Source: Perkinsus olseni
Lineage: Eukaryota
DNA: 64,000 bases
NCBI GenBank assembly: GCA_013115125.1
Contig: JABANN010000054.1
Coordinates: 1 to 64,000, forward strand
Reading direction: 5' to 3'
Positions 1 through 11,335 of this stretch are shown here, piece by piece. Each line of letters starts with the position of its first letter. Within the stretch, counting starts at the first letter, position 1. A program made the translations under genes and the position numbers. The notes under the pieces were generated by a model. It made no database searches. It was not told where the DNA came from and saw only the letters and a list, made by a program, of their open reading frames with translations.

Positions 1-459
1 ATATGAAAGCTTCGTATTAAGCAAGATATCTCAATTTTGTTCATTTGCATATCAAAATGGCACACACAGTAGACAAGCTGACTACCTTCGTTGACGCCCT
101 GAGAATCGTTCACTAGACCAGTCGCCCGCCGCGTGTTGCCTGATCTCTTCAGAGTACCAAAGGTGGCCCTATCCATGACAGAAGGGGATGGAGATACTCT
201 GATGAATACAGGCAACGAGGCCATCGTTGGCCGAGTGACAGAAGAACGGAAGGGATGTTTGGCCTTCTTCTGGAGGCATGGACAACAGCCGGACGGCGCC
301 ATGCAAGCGATAACACTACACCACGCTCAAGTTACTACCATCCATGAACGCAACAAGATAGACGCTTGTCGGACATATAGCAGAGACGCGTCTTGAAATG
401 ATAGTTGCCTTCGCACTGGCCGTCCAGACTACACAAAATCCGCCAGCGTGAAGGGTATC

Positions 460-1903
460 TTAGGTGAGGTCGACATCATTAACCTGATTCTCGGCACTGG
501 GGGCCATGATCTCCTTGACCTGACGAGAATACGCTCGAGGTACCCTTGGACGATTCTACAGTAGGCTACTTTGCAGAGCATTTCTGTCTTCCAAGCATCC
601 AGTCTAGTCACAGAATCGTATCTGTTCATGTGGGCCCATATCCATACCATATCTTCCCCAACTCATCCTACTTGTGTAGTGCATCGACGAAGGCATCAAC
701 ATCATTGTTCGAGAAGGCCTGAGTGATGTCCTGCAGCAGCTCCCCTTCGCGCGAGGTTGCCAGTCGGGGATCTTCCGACATATACCTACTCCCCACCAAA
801 TCACCAATGGCCCTTCGCCCGGACCTCTCACCTCTCAACCGCTATACTGGCAGTGACGGGATCGCCAGCGCACATCCACATAATGCCCGCCTTCAAGAAG
901 TGCTCCCGAGCGCCGAACTGGAGCATCGAATTATGCAAAGCCTTTTCCCCTGAAAATATGTGGATGAGAGATGTTCACGCGGACGGTGACGGACCTTCCT
1001 TTTCGAATATCTTGGCAGCGTCTTCGTATTTCCCAACTTCAGCGGACAGCTCAGCCACCTTGAGCATGCACTGGGAATGGGGCGCCTTGCTGTACCTAGC
1101 TCCAGGGGGATGCCGCACGGTCTGTGGGGCCTTATCCCTTACTCGTCCATCTCAAACATGTCGGCCGCCTTCTTGTAGTAGGCCAGGGCCTCCTCAGGCT
1201 TCACATCGATATCCTCCTCGGACATCTCAGCAACTGCACGCATGCACATCACAGAAGGCCTGGAATGCTGCCCCACACTACTGGTTCGTAGTATCTTCCC
1301 TCCCGCTTGGAATCGACCAGCCGAACTGTAAATCTTCACAGCGTGTTCGTACCTTAACGTGAGTCCCCGATCGTCAACTTTATCCATCCCTCACTAGTCC
1401 TACAACCACTACTAATATTTGAGCACTTATGTCCAGCAAGGGACATGCGCGCCTCAAATTATGGCAAATGCAAGCCAGTGCGCTCTATCCCTGCGGGCGC
1501 GCTACCACTACTACCATGTTATAGCATCCTTAATTCTCTCAGCCCTCCTGAAGGCGTTGCCAGCCTCCTCGTAGTAGTGTGCCTCGTCAGAAGCCGAGCC
1601 GTACTTACCCATCATCTCCCCTGCCAGGACCTGGTACAACCGTCACCAACACCGAGGGAGAAGGGCGAGGGCTCACCAGAGTCTCAGCAGCCCTGTTCCA
1701 GTCCTTGGCGAGCTTAAACTGGTTGGCAGCGTTCTTGTATAAATCAGCAGCCTCATCATAACTCGGCCCTTCACCGAGGAAAGAGAAGAGGCCCTTCGAC
1801 TGAAAAAACGGCATTTTTCCAGTGGGAAGAGAATGACAGCCATTACGCCCTGGGCCTTCTTCTCGGCTTCCTTGATCATATCTTCAGCCTGTTGAACACT
1901 CAT
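460..1903 (-). CDS. NAPA: alpha-soluble NSF attachment protein (alpha-SNAP), multi-exon
   Basis: Spliced exons give MSVQQAEDMIKEAEKKAQ, GLFSFLGEGPSYDEAADLYKNAANQFKLAKDW, YSSAGRFQAGGK, ALAYYKKAADMFEMDE, YDSVTRLDAWKTEML and C-terminal VNDVDLT*. Confidence 0.93.
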
Positions 1904-2087
1904 ATCACGTAAAAAATACACTGTCCGGCGGCAGCGGTCTCCCCGAGAATTGAACAAAACAAAAACAGAGAACTGAAAAGGAAAAGTTATAAAAACTTGA
2001 TAACATACGGAGCCTCCTTCAACGACGACCGGCCTGGGATGCCGAGTCGGCCGTGGACCAACTTTCCGATGAGTCACAAGACTACTA

Positions 2088-2676
2088 CTAGAAATCGGTG
2101 TTACGTCGAGGAATGCGACAAGTTCGACCGGTGGGGCCCGACCAAGATTCATGTCTCATGAAGAATGGATGGTTGCCAAAGTCGACGGACATGATAGAAG
2201 CATCGGGGTCCGTGGTGGCGTTCCTGACTGCCGACGTAAGTGTCTGTTTATTAACATGTACATGAGGCCTCCCAAGCCCTAGGCGTTGGCACAGCAACTC
2301 GGTATGTGTACGGATACGCCTGGGGTCAGCCGAGGCCAACAACGATAAGAACTGAAAGGGAAATGCGTTCAAGCCGGGACCCGGTGGTATCACTCACCCT
2401 TTCCTCATCCTCGGCGAGGAGGTTGTTAGGAGTAGCATCGCCGTGGATGGTGCCCCTACAGATCTGATCAAGCAGGGCGCTTCTGAGGAGCTCGCTGCTG
2501 ATGGCCTTGTCGCTGTCCGGCTTCTCTGTAGTGGCGATCACTCTCAGCTCCTCGCTGGCCGACACGATCTTCTCGGCCGTCGGGAGCTCTTCAAACTCGT
2601 CGGAGAATTCATCGGTCTCTTCGCCGGAGCTCTCGGGAGGGTTACTCTCCTTTTCGAATGCGGTCTGAGTTGCCAT
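2088..2676 (-). CDS. hypothetical protein with acidic N-terminus, probably spliced
   Basis: ATG-initiated ORF 2326-2676 with a GTGAGT donor near 2397 and a downstream ORF 2088-2393; no recognisable family. Confidence 0.45.
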
Positions 2677-2924
2677 TAAACGCTGGGCTCACGAGAACTG
2701 CACGCAGAAACAAGACCGATCATGTCGATGCGAGCATAGTAACCTAACGCCATCACTGCGTATATGCTACCCTATGCTAAATTTAACACTAAGGATGTTC
2801 AGCAGGCCGCTTTCGAGGCTCGGGGCTGCCAACACCAAAAGCATCGTTAACGCGCTTTAACCCATCCTACTATGCTGAGTTCCACAAAAGATGTTCTGAA
2901 ATATCGGAAAAAGATCGCGAGGCG

Positions 2925-2990
2925 AAGGCGCTACGCGTTCAAGCAAAGCACCCGGGTTCGATTCCCAGTGAGCGTATTTTGTTATTTTTT
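2925..2990 (+). pseudogene. degenerate tRNA-Gly(TCC)-like relic (3' half) followed by T-runs
   Basis: gcgttcaagcaaagcaCCCGGGTTCGATTCCCagtgagcg resembles the anticodon-to-T-arm part of eukaryotic tRNA-Gly(TCC) (GCCTTCCAAGCAGTTGACCCGGGTTCGATTCCCGG). B-box intact; no D-arm or paired acceptor stem found. Confidence 0.5.
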
Positions 2991-3266
2991 CTTATTCTGT
3001 TTTTTCCTGCGAAGTTGCGCTTGAAAGTGTTTCAACGTTGCAAAACAGAAACAAACACTGGCACATACCTTCGATACCACTTCTGACGCAACCCCGTGAC
3101 GCGGTAGCTTGCATGTCAGTGACACGAGGTCACGTCCCGGTAAAATGCGCGATGATGACGTCGTAGCGGCTGCTGCCCACAGACAAGATATGAGACTGCG
3201 GCGTTGTTGGTTGTATACATGCTGTCAGAGCTTACTGTTAATTTAAAGATCTTTCTGCACCCTCTC

Positions 3267-5664
3267 ATGACGCTCCATGACCATCTCGGACCAGAGCAGC
3301 CTCGAGACAACGAGCCGGGCTGCTTTCTGTCAACTGATGATCCATCAGTGTGAATCGATCAACTCGTGCCACCAACGAATGGTATAACTCAGGCCCTCGA
3401 CGTGCTTAACGCGAGAAAGGTGGACAGCGGAAGCTCAGATGCTTCAACGGCGACTGAGTCGGTCCACAACAGCAGGCATGGTAAGGCAGTCTGCTCGTAG
3501 TGCCTTGGTAGGCCGGTTCAGGTGCCCACTATGCTATCGACGTCATCGTGCTGTGTAACGACGATGAGAAGTCCGCCCAGGCTCTGGACGCTGCCAAGGA
3601 GATACTGCAGGACTGGTCACAGCGTGACGCCGATCGACCTCACGAGAACTACCGTGGGAAGCCCATTCATCAGCTTTTGGCGGACTTGCACTTCCTCTTA
3701 GAAGTTCGCATCGTTCACTTGTGTACCATGTCCGCGGTCGTGTCCGATTCGGCAAGGCTGGGCTTCGCCGATTGTACCACATCGTGTGGATGCACTGCCA
3801 AGTTCACTAACCTCATCTCATCGTGGAAGATTCCCGTCGACGTGCGGGTTCAGGTAGACTCGAAGTGGTAACCGTTCGAGCTACCTTGAGATGTCTTCTC
3901 GCCAGTCCGTTGTCCCATCTTTCTCTACACTCCAAGAAGTGCTACATTTGCCGAGAAGGGTGAGTTTCGCGAACGAACAGCAATAAGTGCACTTCGGTCG
4001 CCTCGAGGTTGTCGTCTCCCCGCTTGCTGTTTACCACGGCCCAAGCTCCTCCAAGCAGCTGCATCACTCTAAGCTCCTCTGCTGCATCATTCGACAGACG
4101 CTTACGTTGGCTGAGGGTCTTCAACCGCCACCGCAGCAGTCTGCGGATTCTGGTGAGGCCTCGCAGCCTCTTTCTGGTTAATTCATGAACTTGTGTGATA
4201 TCCTCAGAATCTCCCTGGGCCGTCACGGAGGAACAAGATACGCCGTTTCGGGAGGAGCGCTACAGAGCGGTGAGGGTCTCCGGTTCAATCCCATGCATTG
4301 AAATTTCTCCGCGTGGAATTCAGGTACTGCTTCTTGCAAGCGAAAAGTGGGAGCCTGTAGTCGACTGGGGCGTCCGTCTGGCGAAGCCCGGCGAGTCCAT
4401 TAGAGTCGTCCACTTCATCAGAGGGCCTGACGTCACTGCTCAGTCGGCTGAGATGCAGCTCATGGCTCGGCGACGGGTGAGCTAGTCTGGTCAATCATCA
4501 GCCCCTCAGGAGCATTTCAGGCACGCATGATAGACCCGTCAGTTCCCTTCGACATTCACGTCGTTCGCATTGGTCCGGGAGAGTTTCTGAGCAAAGTCGT
4601 GGAGCTCTCGAAGATGGCTGAATTTTTAGTTGTTGGCGACTCAGGAAGGGTCCAGACGCGGCATAGAGACATCGTGAGGAGGCCTTGGTCGCAGCATCAG
4701 TCCTGCACTCGAGGCCGATCAGATTCTGCAAGCCCAGTGTGACGTCATCCTTGCGCGGAGTGTGATACCGCCCGCAGCGAGGGCCATCACCGATATGGTG
4801 GTAGGCGTCGGGGCTAGAGACGCCGAGGTGAACTCCCTTTGACGCTATCTCTGCGTTGATGGAATCTGCTTGTACCGGTTCAGGGAGCCATGAACGCCCT
4901 TGGACTGGCGTATCGTATCGCTGAGATCTCGGAGTGTGCTGCTGCTGCTGCTGCTGTTAACGTGGCAGGAGTTTTTGTAAGACATGGCGAGGAGCATCTT
5001 CTATGTTGCGTAGACTCGGTTAAGGTTCCTGTGGTTATGCACGCTGACAGCATGTTGAAGGGCCAGTGGCAGATGGATCGCCGCGCCGTGCTAGTCAACG
5101 GAACCACCAGTAGGTCGTCCTGCCCTTCAGGTCGCCGTATGGGTCTGTATTAGGTACCGCTATCTTGCATCGTGTTGAACAGTTTGTTGCCTGCCACCGG
5201 ACTGATACTGTTTCCTTCCATCTTGAGATGGGCGGCTACAGTGATAGTCTCCAAGTGGCTCACCGTCTCCTCCTCCGGGCTGCAACAGGTGAGCTCCTCG
5301 CGTTCGAGTAGCAGCTCCTACCGGAACTCGCACATTTATTTCCCCTTTTCCCCCGTTCATACCTTCTATCGAGTGCCTGTCGCTTTAGCCGAGTCACAAG
5401 AGCGTCATACCCCACCTTTGCTGTTCGTGGGCACCGGTAGCGCTGCCATTGCCGGCCAGCTCGGAAGTGTAGTCGAGTACCTCACCAGGCCCGATAGAGG
5501 TAACTTCAGGGTGGCCACTAAAAGCAAATCTGTTGGTCTCAGGGGACCGTAGTGTACACTCCACCACAGTTGCCATTGCCAAATGCAAGCGCTGTGACGT
5601 CCCCTGCATCGAGCCCAAAGTTGAAGATTTTATGTGGAACACTTCCACCGAAACTTACGTATAA
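3267..5664 (+). CDS. multi-domain universal stress protein (USP)-like protein, about 3 repeats, multi-exon
   Basis: Spliced segments VIVLCNDDEKSAQALDAAKEIL, VLLLASEKWEPVVDWGVRLAKPGESIRVVHF...AEFLVVGDSG...QAQCDVILAR, and MVVGVGARDAEGAMNALGLAYRIA...LLFVGTGSAAIAGQLGSVVEYL match the USP beta1/alpha1 and G-x-x-G...LGSV motifs. Confidence 0.62.
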
Positions 5665-6086
5665 GTTACCATTCTAGTCATTTTGTCGTTTCTGCCGCAC
5701 CTGTCGGCACAGCTCACTCAGCGAGGTCTGGCCAGCCAACATGTCATATCGGCCGATTCCCAAGTTTTCCATAGAACGTACAGGAAATGCCTTCAAGAGG
5801 ATGTTTGATTGCATTCGGTTGATCGTTGTTGAACTCGCGGTTTTTGATGGATGTCAATGCAGCGAGTACGTTTCTATATTGTCTGTATGTCGTGCTAGTA
5901 GTGAGAGAGTGGATCAGAGTTGGAGGCACGGTCGGGAGTAGAAGGTGGGAGATTGCTAGTGCCAGGGTCGGGGCCTTGCACGGAACAGGCAAGCGAAGAC
6001 TTAGCAGGGCCTCGAACTACTGGGGCGAGCGAGGCGGTGCCGCGCAAAAGTAAACTTCCGATCATAGCCGGCACTCTAACTTCGCC

Positions 6087-7211
6087 ATGAAGCGTTCTAT
6101 GATGATACTCTTCGCTATCGCGAGCTCCCTACTGTCGGTTATTGATGGTGCGGCAAGTGAACAGCATGAGGAGTTGGAGCGCCAGCCCAAGAAGAGGGAG
6201 CGACACCGTGTTGAAGAGTCTGATCTGCCATCGGGTGTCTACCAGACAGTGCCCAATAAAAGCAGCGGCTACATCTGCGATACTCTCCCTAGCCTCACTG
6301 GCTTCGACATGTTCGTCGGAAACACTTCGGATGGGCAGACTATTCAACTTGCTGCTCGTGGTGATGGATGGAACGAGACAATGGCGGGAGCAGTCCTGCC
6401 TTTGAAGTTCAATATGGGGAGGGAGCATATTTACATCGGAGGAGAGGGTTATTCCCGATGCTCATATTTCCAGAGTGTGGGCCCCGGCTCTAGTCACCTC
6501 CGGGCATTCATATTGAGGATTAATCGAAGGCTGGGCCTAGTGTCCACGAGCCCCTACAAATCTCTCATATTCTGCAAGAAACCCGAGAGAGAGGACGCGA
6601 TGGCTTGTTTGGACCCGATTCGGATACCGAAACCACGGGGATGCAAACATTTCTTGACTTTAACGAAGACTAATAAGCCGGTCGCTGCAGCTCAGAAAGA
6701 GATGCTCACCTCCAGAAAAAGAACTGCCGAGGAGGCGCCAATTCTCAAGCCTGCCAAGAAACGGCAGGTGATCGGTGAAGGCCCAGTATCTTCTGGGGCC
6801 GCCGGATCGTTGATCAAGATAGAGGACGGGCGTTACCTGTCGAACGATGCATCTTTCCTCGCTAAGGTTACCATCTCGACCGACACCGAGAGCAAGCGTA
6901 GGTCCGGCACCTTCGAAATCATGGACGGCGACAGGCCGGTTGTCTTGCCCAATTTCGACTGGGTGGTGGATGCCGGCTTCAGGTGTCTCCGCCCTGAGTT
7001 GACGGACCCAGAAGCGCCATACTTCCTCATCAAGAGAACCTCCGGTGCCGTGACCTTTTCGATATCACCGGACTCGATTTATGTCTGTGAACTCGGCGTA
7101 GATAGGATATGGCTGTTGATCTCGAGTGGGGCCCACGGTCCTCAGCATCTTTCAGTTCTGACTAGGGACGACCGTGACTCCCTTCAACCTTCACTCGAGT
7201 TGGGTCACTAA
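6087..7211 (+). CDS. intronless secreted hypothetical protein (signal peptide, bipartite NLS-like motif)
   Basis: 374-aa single ORF; hydrophobic N-terminus MKRSMMILFAIASSLLSVIDG; RKRTAEEAPILKPAKKRQ. Confidence 0.75.
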   Translation: MKRSMMILFAIASSLLSVIDGAASEQHEELERQPKKRERHRVEESDLPSGVYQTVPNKSSGYICDTLPSLTGFDMFVGNTSDGQTIQLAARGDGWNETMAGAVLPLKFNMGREHIYIGGEGYSRCSYFQSVGPGSSHLRAFILRINRRLGLVSTSPYKSLIFCKKPEREDAMACLDPIRIPKPRGCKHFLTLTKTNKPVAAAQKEMLTSRKRTAEEAPILKPAKKRQVIGEGPVSSGAAGSLIKIEDGRYLSNDASFLAKVTISTDTESKRRSGTFEIMDGDRPVVLPNFDWVVDAGFRCLRPELTDPEAPYFLIKRTSGAVTFSISPDSIYVCELGVDRIWLLISSGAHGPQHLSVLTRDDRDSLQPSLELGH

Positions 7212-7893
7212 ACAGTTATAACAATGCTGTACATCTTTCACATGCATATGTGGATATCGGTGGCAATACATGGGTGCTGCTGTGACGTTTTGCTGTGTTT
7301 ATTGTCCCCTCGTTGGGTTAGGAGTCGCATTTAAATATTCAACAGGATAGCCGCTTCTGGTGTCGCGTGAGATTCGAGCATTCAAACCACGGCGTGAAGT
7401 TCCTTGAGGTTGTCAAGTTGTGAATCTAACCTGTGGCTGCGTGCATGGCATTCCGCGGATCGGCTACTCCATACTCCGAACTGTCTTATCTTTATGAAGG
7501 ACAGAAATAAAAATTGAGGATTCTTCAATCAAGCCCTTCAAACTTTCATCAGCGTCTCCCGGTTCCACTCAGTAGCCGTTATCGATATATTTGCGCCCTT
7601 CTCTCTGCATATCACATCTGTCGTCCAACTTTCATATCCAAATACTTACCAAGGACTGTTGTTCATACCGTATGCGATTAGAACCTGGCAATTCCCTTCT
7701 GAGGCCTCTGGAAGCCATGGGGGGGTTGGCGAAGGCGAGCAACTTCAGCAATTTCAGTGATGACTGCTGACAACTCCAGTGACGCACTTCGCGTCATGTG
7801 CGCCTGCACAGCCATGGCTCAGTCACACGAATGTTCCACTTTCAACTCGAGGAAGGCAACATGCGTAATTCGATCGTGGGTGATCGCTGATTT

Positions 7894-9442
7894 CTAAAGG
7901 AGCTCATCGTGATGATCGACACCGTCTTGTCTCGCCGGAACACCTTCAGTCCTGCCAACCACGTCGGCCTGACAGTCAACATATTTCCACCAATCGACCA
8001 TCCAGCTTAAGCCCTACTTCCGAATCAGCTATTCCTCCTTCGGATATCCTTAAAGCCGTGTTAGTGAAGTTGCTTGCTAGCTCGCCTCCAGCGAGGCCGC
8101 CAATAAGGCCTCCAGCGATGGCGCCCACTATCTGTTCATCAGAACTCCGTTCATTCGATAGAACACTCGAATGGCCTACTGGGATGGGTATTGTTGCCTG
8201 TCCTATACCACACCCTGCCAAACTCCCGAGTGCTCGGCTCGATGCTGATATACCAGCTTTGGAGATGTTGGTGACATGCGTGTGCTCGGAGATCTCTCCA
8301 CTTAGCCGACGACCAGCGGACTCTTTGAACCTGCTTCTGTGATGGGAGAACAAAGGCTTGCTTGCTTACTCTCTTGCAAAGACGGTGGCCTCCACTCCGA
8401 ATGTTGCGAGAGCTCCAGCGTGTCGGGCAGCACCTCCTCGTACCGCTCCAGCCAGTACCGCTGCGGCCTCGCGTGTTATTGCGGCGGAGGTTCGTGAAGC
8501 AGACGTCGCTGTTTCACCACTTTTCTGAAGGCACTCAAGGAGCGATAGCGCTACATCCTTCCCTCACCGATGCACGACTCTCGGAAGCCGCAGCCGAGGA
8601 CGCTTCTCGGTGTGGAGGCTCGGTGCAGGGCCTTGGAAGCCGAGCTGACTACAAGCTGTGTCTCTTCACGGACACCCTTACGCCGGTGTTGGAACCACCT
8701 CGAGTATTTGACTTTCGACGCTCCTGTCGAGTATTCCGCGCCAGCTGAGATTCCCAGTGAGAATCCATAAGGCGAATAATTCCGAGTGTGACATCCAGCC
8801 GCCCGTCCAGGCTTCCACAGGCACTGACAATGCGGTAGCAGCTGGCGAAGTTGAGGAGAGACCAGGAAACCGTCACGTCCTGAGTCGGTTAGGCCCTCCC
8901 AGTATCCCAGTAAAGCGGCTTCCGATAGCCCTCTGACAGCGTTCACTCGCGAGATTGTTGCTGCATAGGAGCACTTTTCACGGCGAACTCGGCGTTATGG
9001 ATACCCCCTGGAGAATGCTGCGCGGAGCTGCTCAGTCGCACTCTGTATAACGTACGCTCATCCCTACACGACCGGACCTCCCGAGCCAAAGGCACCTGAT
9101 AGGGGAGGTCGGGGATCTTGCAAAGATATGTTTCCCAGAGACTTCCGTGACATGATATTTTTGGAGCTCGATGGCTTTGCCTCCACTACGTGTCTCAAAG
9201 ACGACCATATGCCTGACGTCGTATCCTTCTGTTATGAGCTGATACAAAAAGCTGAGTTAACGCGGACTATGGGCAGGCGAAAGCCGACTGGCCTGTAAAC
9301 TCACTATATAGTCGAACTTTCTAAGGGAACGGGTATCGCGGAGTACTTCCCATGTGAGGGTACACTGGCTCATCGCGAAGCTGTCAGTTGATGGGGAAGG
9401 AGGCCGAGCGGGCTGGGCCTCCTTGGAGATTGGCGTCAACAT
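7894..9442 (-). CDS. LRAT/HRASLS (NlpC/P60-like) domain protein with C-terminal glycine zipper, probably catalytically altered
   Basis: Exons LRKFDYI, GYDVRHMVVF, KYHV, WMSHSELFALWILTG (compare NCEHFAxWCxTG), then GSLAGCGIGQATIPIP...IVGAIAGGLIGGLAG; ends DHHDELL*. Confidence 0.55.
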
Positions 9443-9596
9443 TTAAGGTAACTCTGCCGGGAGGGGCACTGACTATAGCAATGCTAACAGAACGCCACAT
9501 CAGGAACTGCTGCAAACCCGGCTGCATTGAAACCATGCAGGAATCATGAACACCTCAAGGAGTGCTCGATCGCAGCCTCTAGTGCCTCGTCTTCGT

Positions 9597-10744
9597 CTAT
9601 GACTTGGCCGGTATGGTCACCTTGACGGAATCTCTATCAGCTACCACAGGCTCTCTATCGCCCCTACATTGGAGATAAGCGTTGTCGTCCTCGTGGCGAG
9701 CCACGGTGATCCTCGACACCTGTCCCCGGCAGGAAGCGTGCTTCAGTGTCCACTCTCTAGCCTTCGCGTTGAACAACTCAGGGAAACTGCCGAGAATGAC
9801 GCACACCACCCGGAACCGTACCGCACGGCTCCCAACTCACTGCTCGAGCTCATCGCTAGCCTCCACATTGAGCGGGTCTCCTGTGTTGGGGTCGGCTAGC
9901 AGACTAACGAGGGACAGTAAGGCGGTCTGTAGTGTGAGGAGAGCCGACCAATGGTCTGCTTTCAGAATGTCCATGCATATCCGTCCACGTCCGTCACCTA
10001 GAGACGCTGTTCAATCTTGCATGCTCTGTTCCTACGCACCGGTGATGTTCGGATGCCATATTGGCGTTCTGAAGCGCATCTTTGGCGGCTTGAAGGGGTA
10101 GTCCTCCGGAATATCAATATCGATCGTCTAAGGGATGACAGAGGGCCGCCCTGGAGCATCGCAGCGGCGATCCATACAGATGGTTATGAAGTCGTTCGGA
10201 TCATTCAACCCGTATGACTCACGAATGAACCTCCTTCGTACGGTGTGCCCTCGGGACCATTGATGAAGCCCAGCCATTGAAGCATCGAGCCTTCTGATGC
10301 TGGATCTGCCACTCGCATGATGACCAAGCTAGGGTGAACGGGTCCTTGTTGGCCCACAAGCGCTGACTCCTTCAATCTTGTGCTTCTGCATGTGCTTTGC
10401 TTCGGCAGCCATTCGTCTCACGGCGGCAACAGACGACTGGGCACACTGACCCTAAAACCGGATCCATCACTGGTATTGGCCACAGGTGAGCTACGGCTAT
10501 CCGAGCCCCAGACTTCGATCTCTCTAGCTTGTGCCCGGAGTCATCATCGTCACTACTGCTGATGTCACTCCCGCCCTCATCGCTCTCCTCCAACCTGCCT
10601 GAGATCATCCGGCATGAGGGCGATCTTCATGGGCTAAGCGCGCTTACTCCGCCCTGGTCGCCGCTGCGTTTGCTTTGGCCGTGATTTCTCTGTTGTGGTG
10701 ACTGCGGGCGTGATTATGCGATGGTTAGAAGAAGTGCAACCCAT
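9597..10744 (-). CDS. ubiquitin-conjugating enzyme E2 with N-terminal MGCTSS acylation motif, multi-exon
   Basis: [101 protein letters not shown]. Confidence 0.9.
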
Positions 10745-11335
10745 GGACAGAAGCTGAATTTGCAGCCCTAGCCTGGGCAAAGCTATTACTGCTCAGATTG
10801 GTTTGCCACTCTCGAGAAACTACAATCAAGTCAACGGAGCTTCGCTTGAGAAGTGAAAAGCGTTCGCGGACAATCATACGGAGGAGAACCATGGCAGCAC
10901 TGGCCCCGCTGAACCATGTTAACGTTTCCCTCTTTGCAGCCATGTCAGCAGTTCGAGAGCTGGCTGAGGTGTGACCGCGGCTCCTATGTCAGCTGTGCAG
11001 TTGGCTTCGATGCGTCGCCATTCGTACTCTCACTTGACGCAACCCGATATGGCATAGACATCGAGAAAATGTATCCCCAACCCCGTAGCATGAGCACGTC
11101 TTCGTTAGTGGGTGTTGCAAGACAAGGTAGGCTCGAGGGTTATGGAGAGGTGCAGGAATTATCTACTTGAGTTCTCCCCGAGCATGATCTTCCAGCTTGA
11201 TCTAGCGCCCGCCGTCGCCAACGAAGGACTCCGTAGAGAGTCTGAACAGAGCATACGGGGGAAGATGACATCAGCCGAATCTCTCGGAGGGCATCGGACT
11301 CTTAGCGTCAACAGAAGTGTAAAGTTCAGCGTCAA

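Noticed and set aside
4880-5648. Minus-strand ORFs 4880-5107 and 5394-5648
   Set aside because: Antisense to exons of the plus-strand USP-like gene
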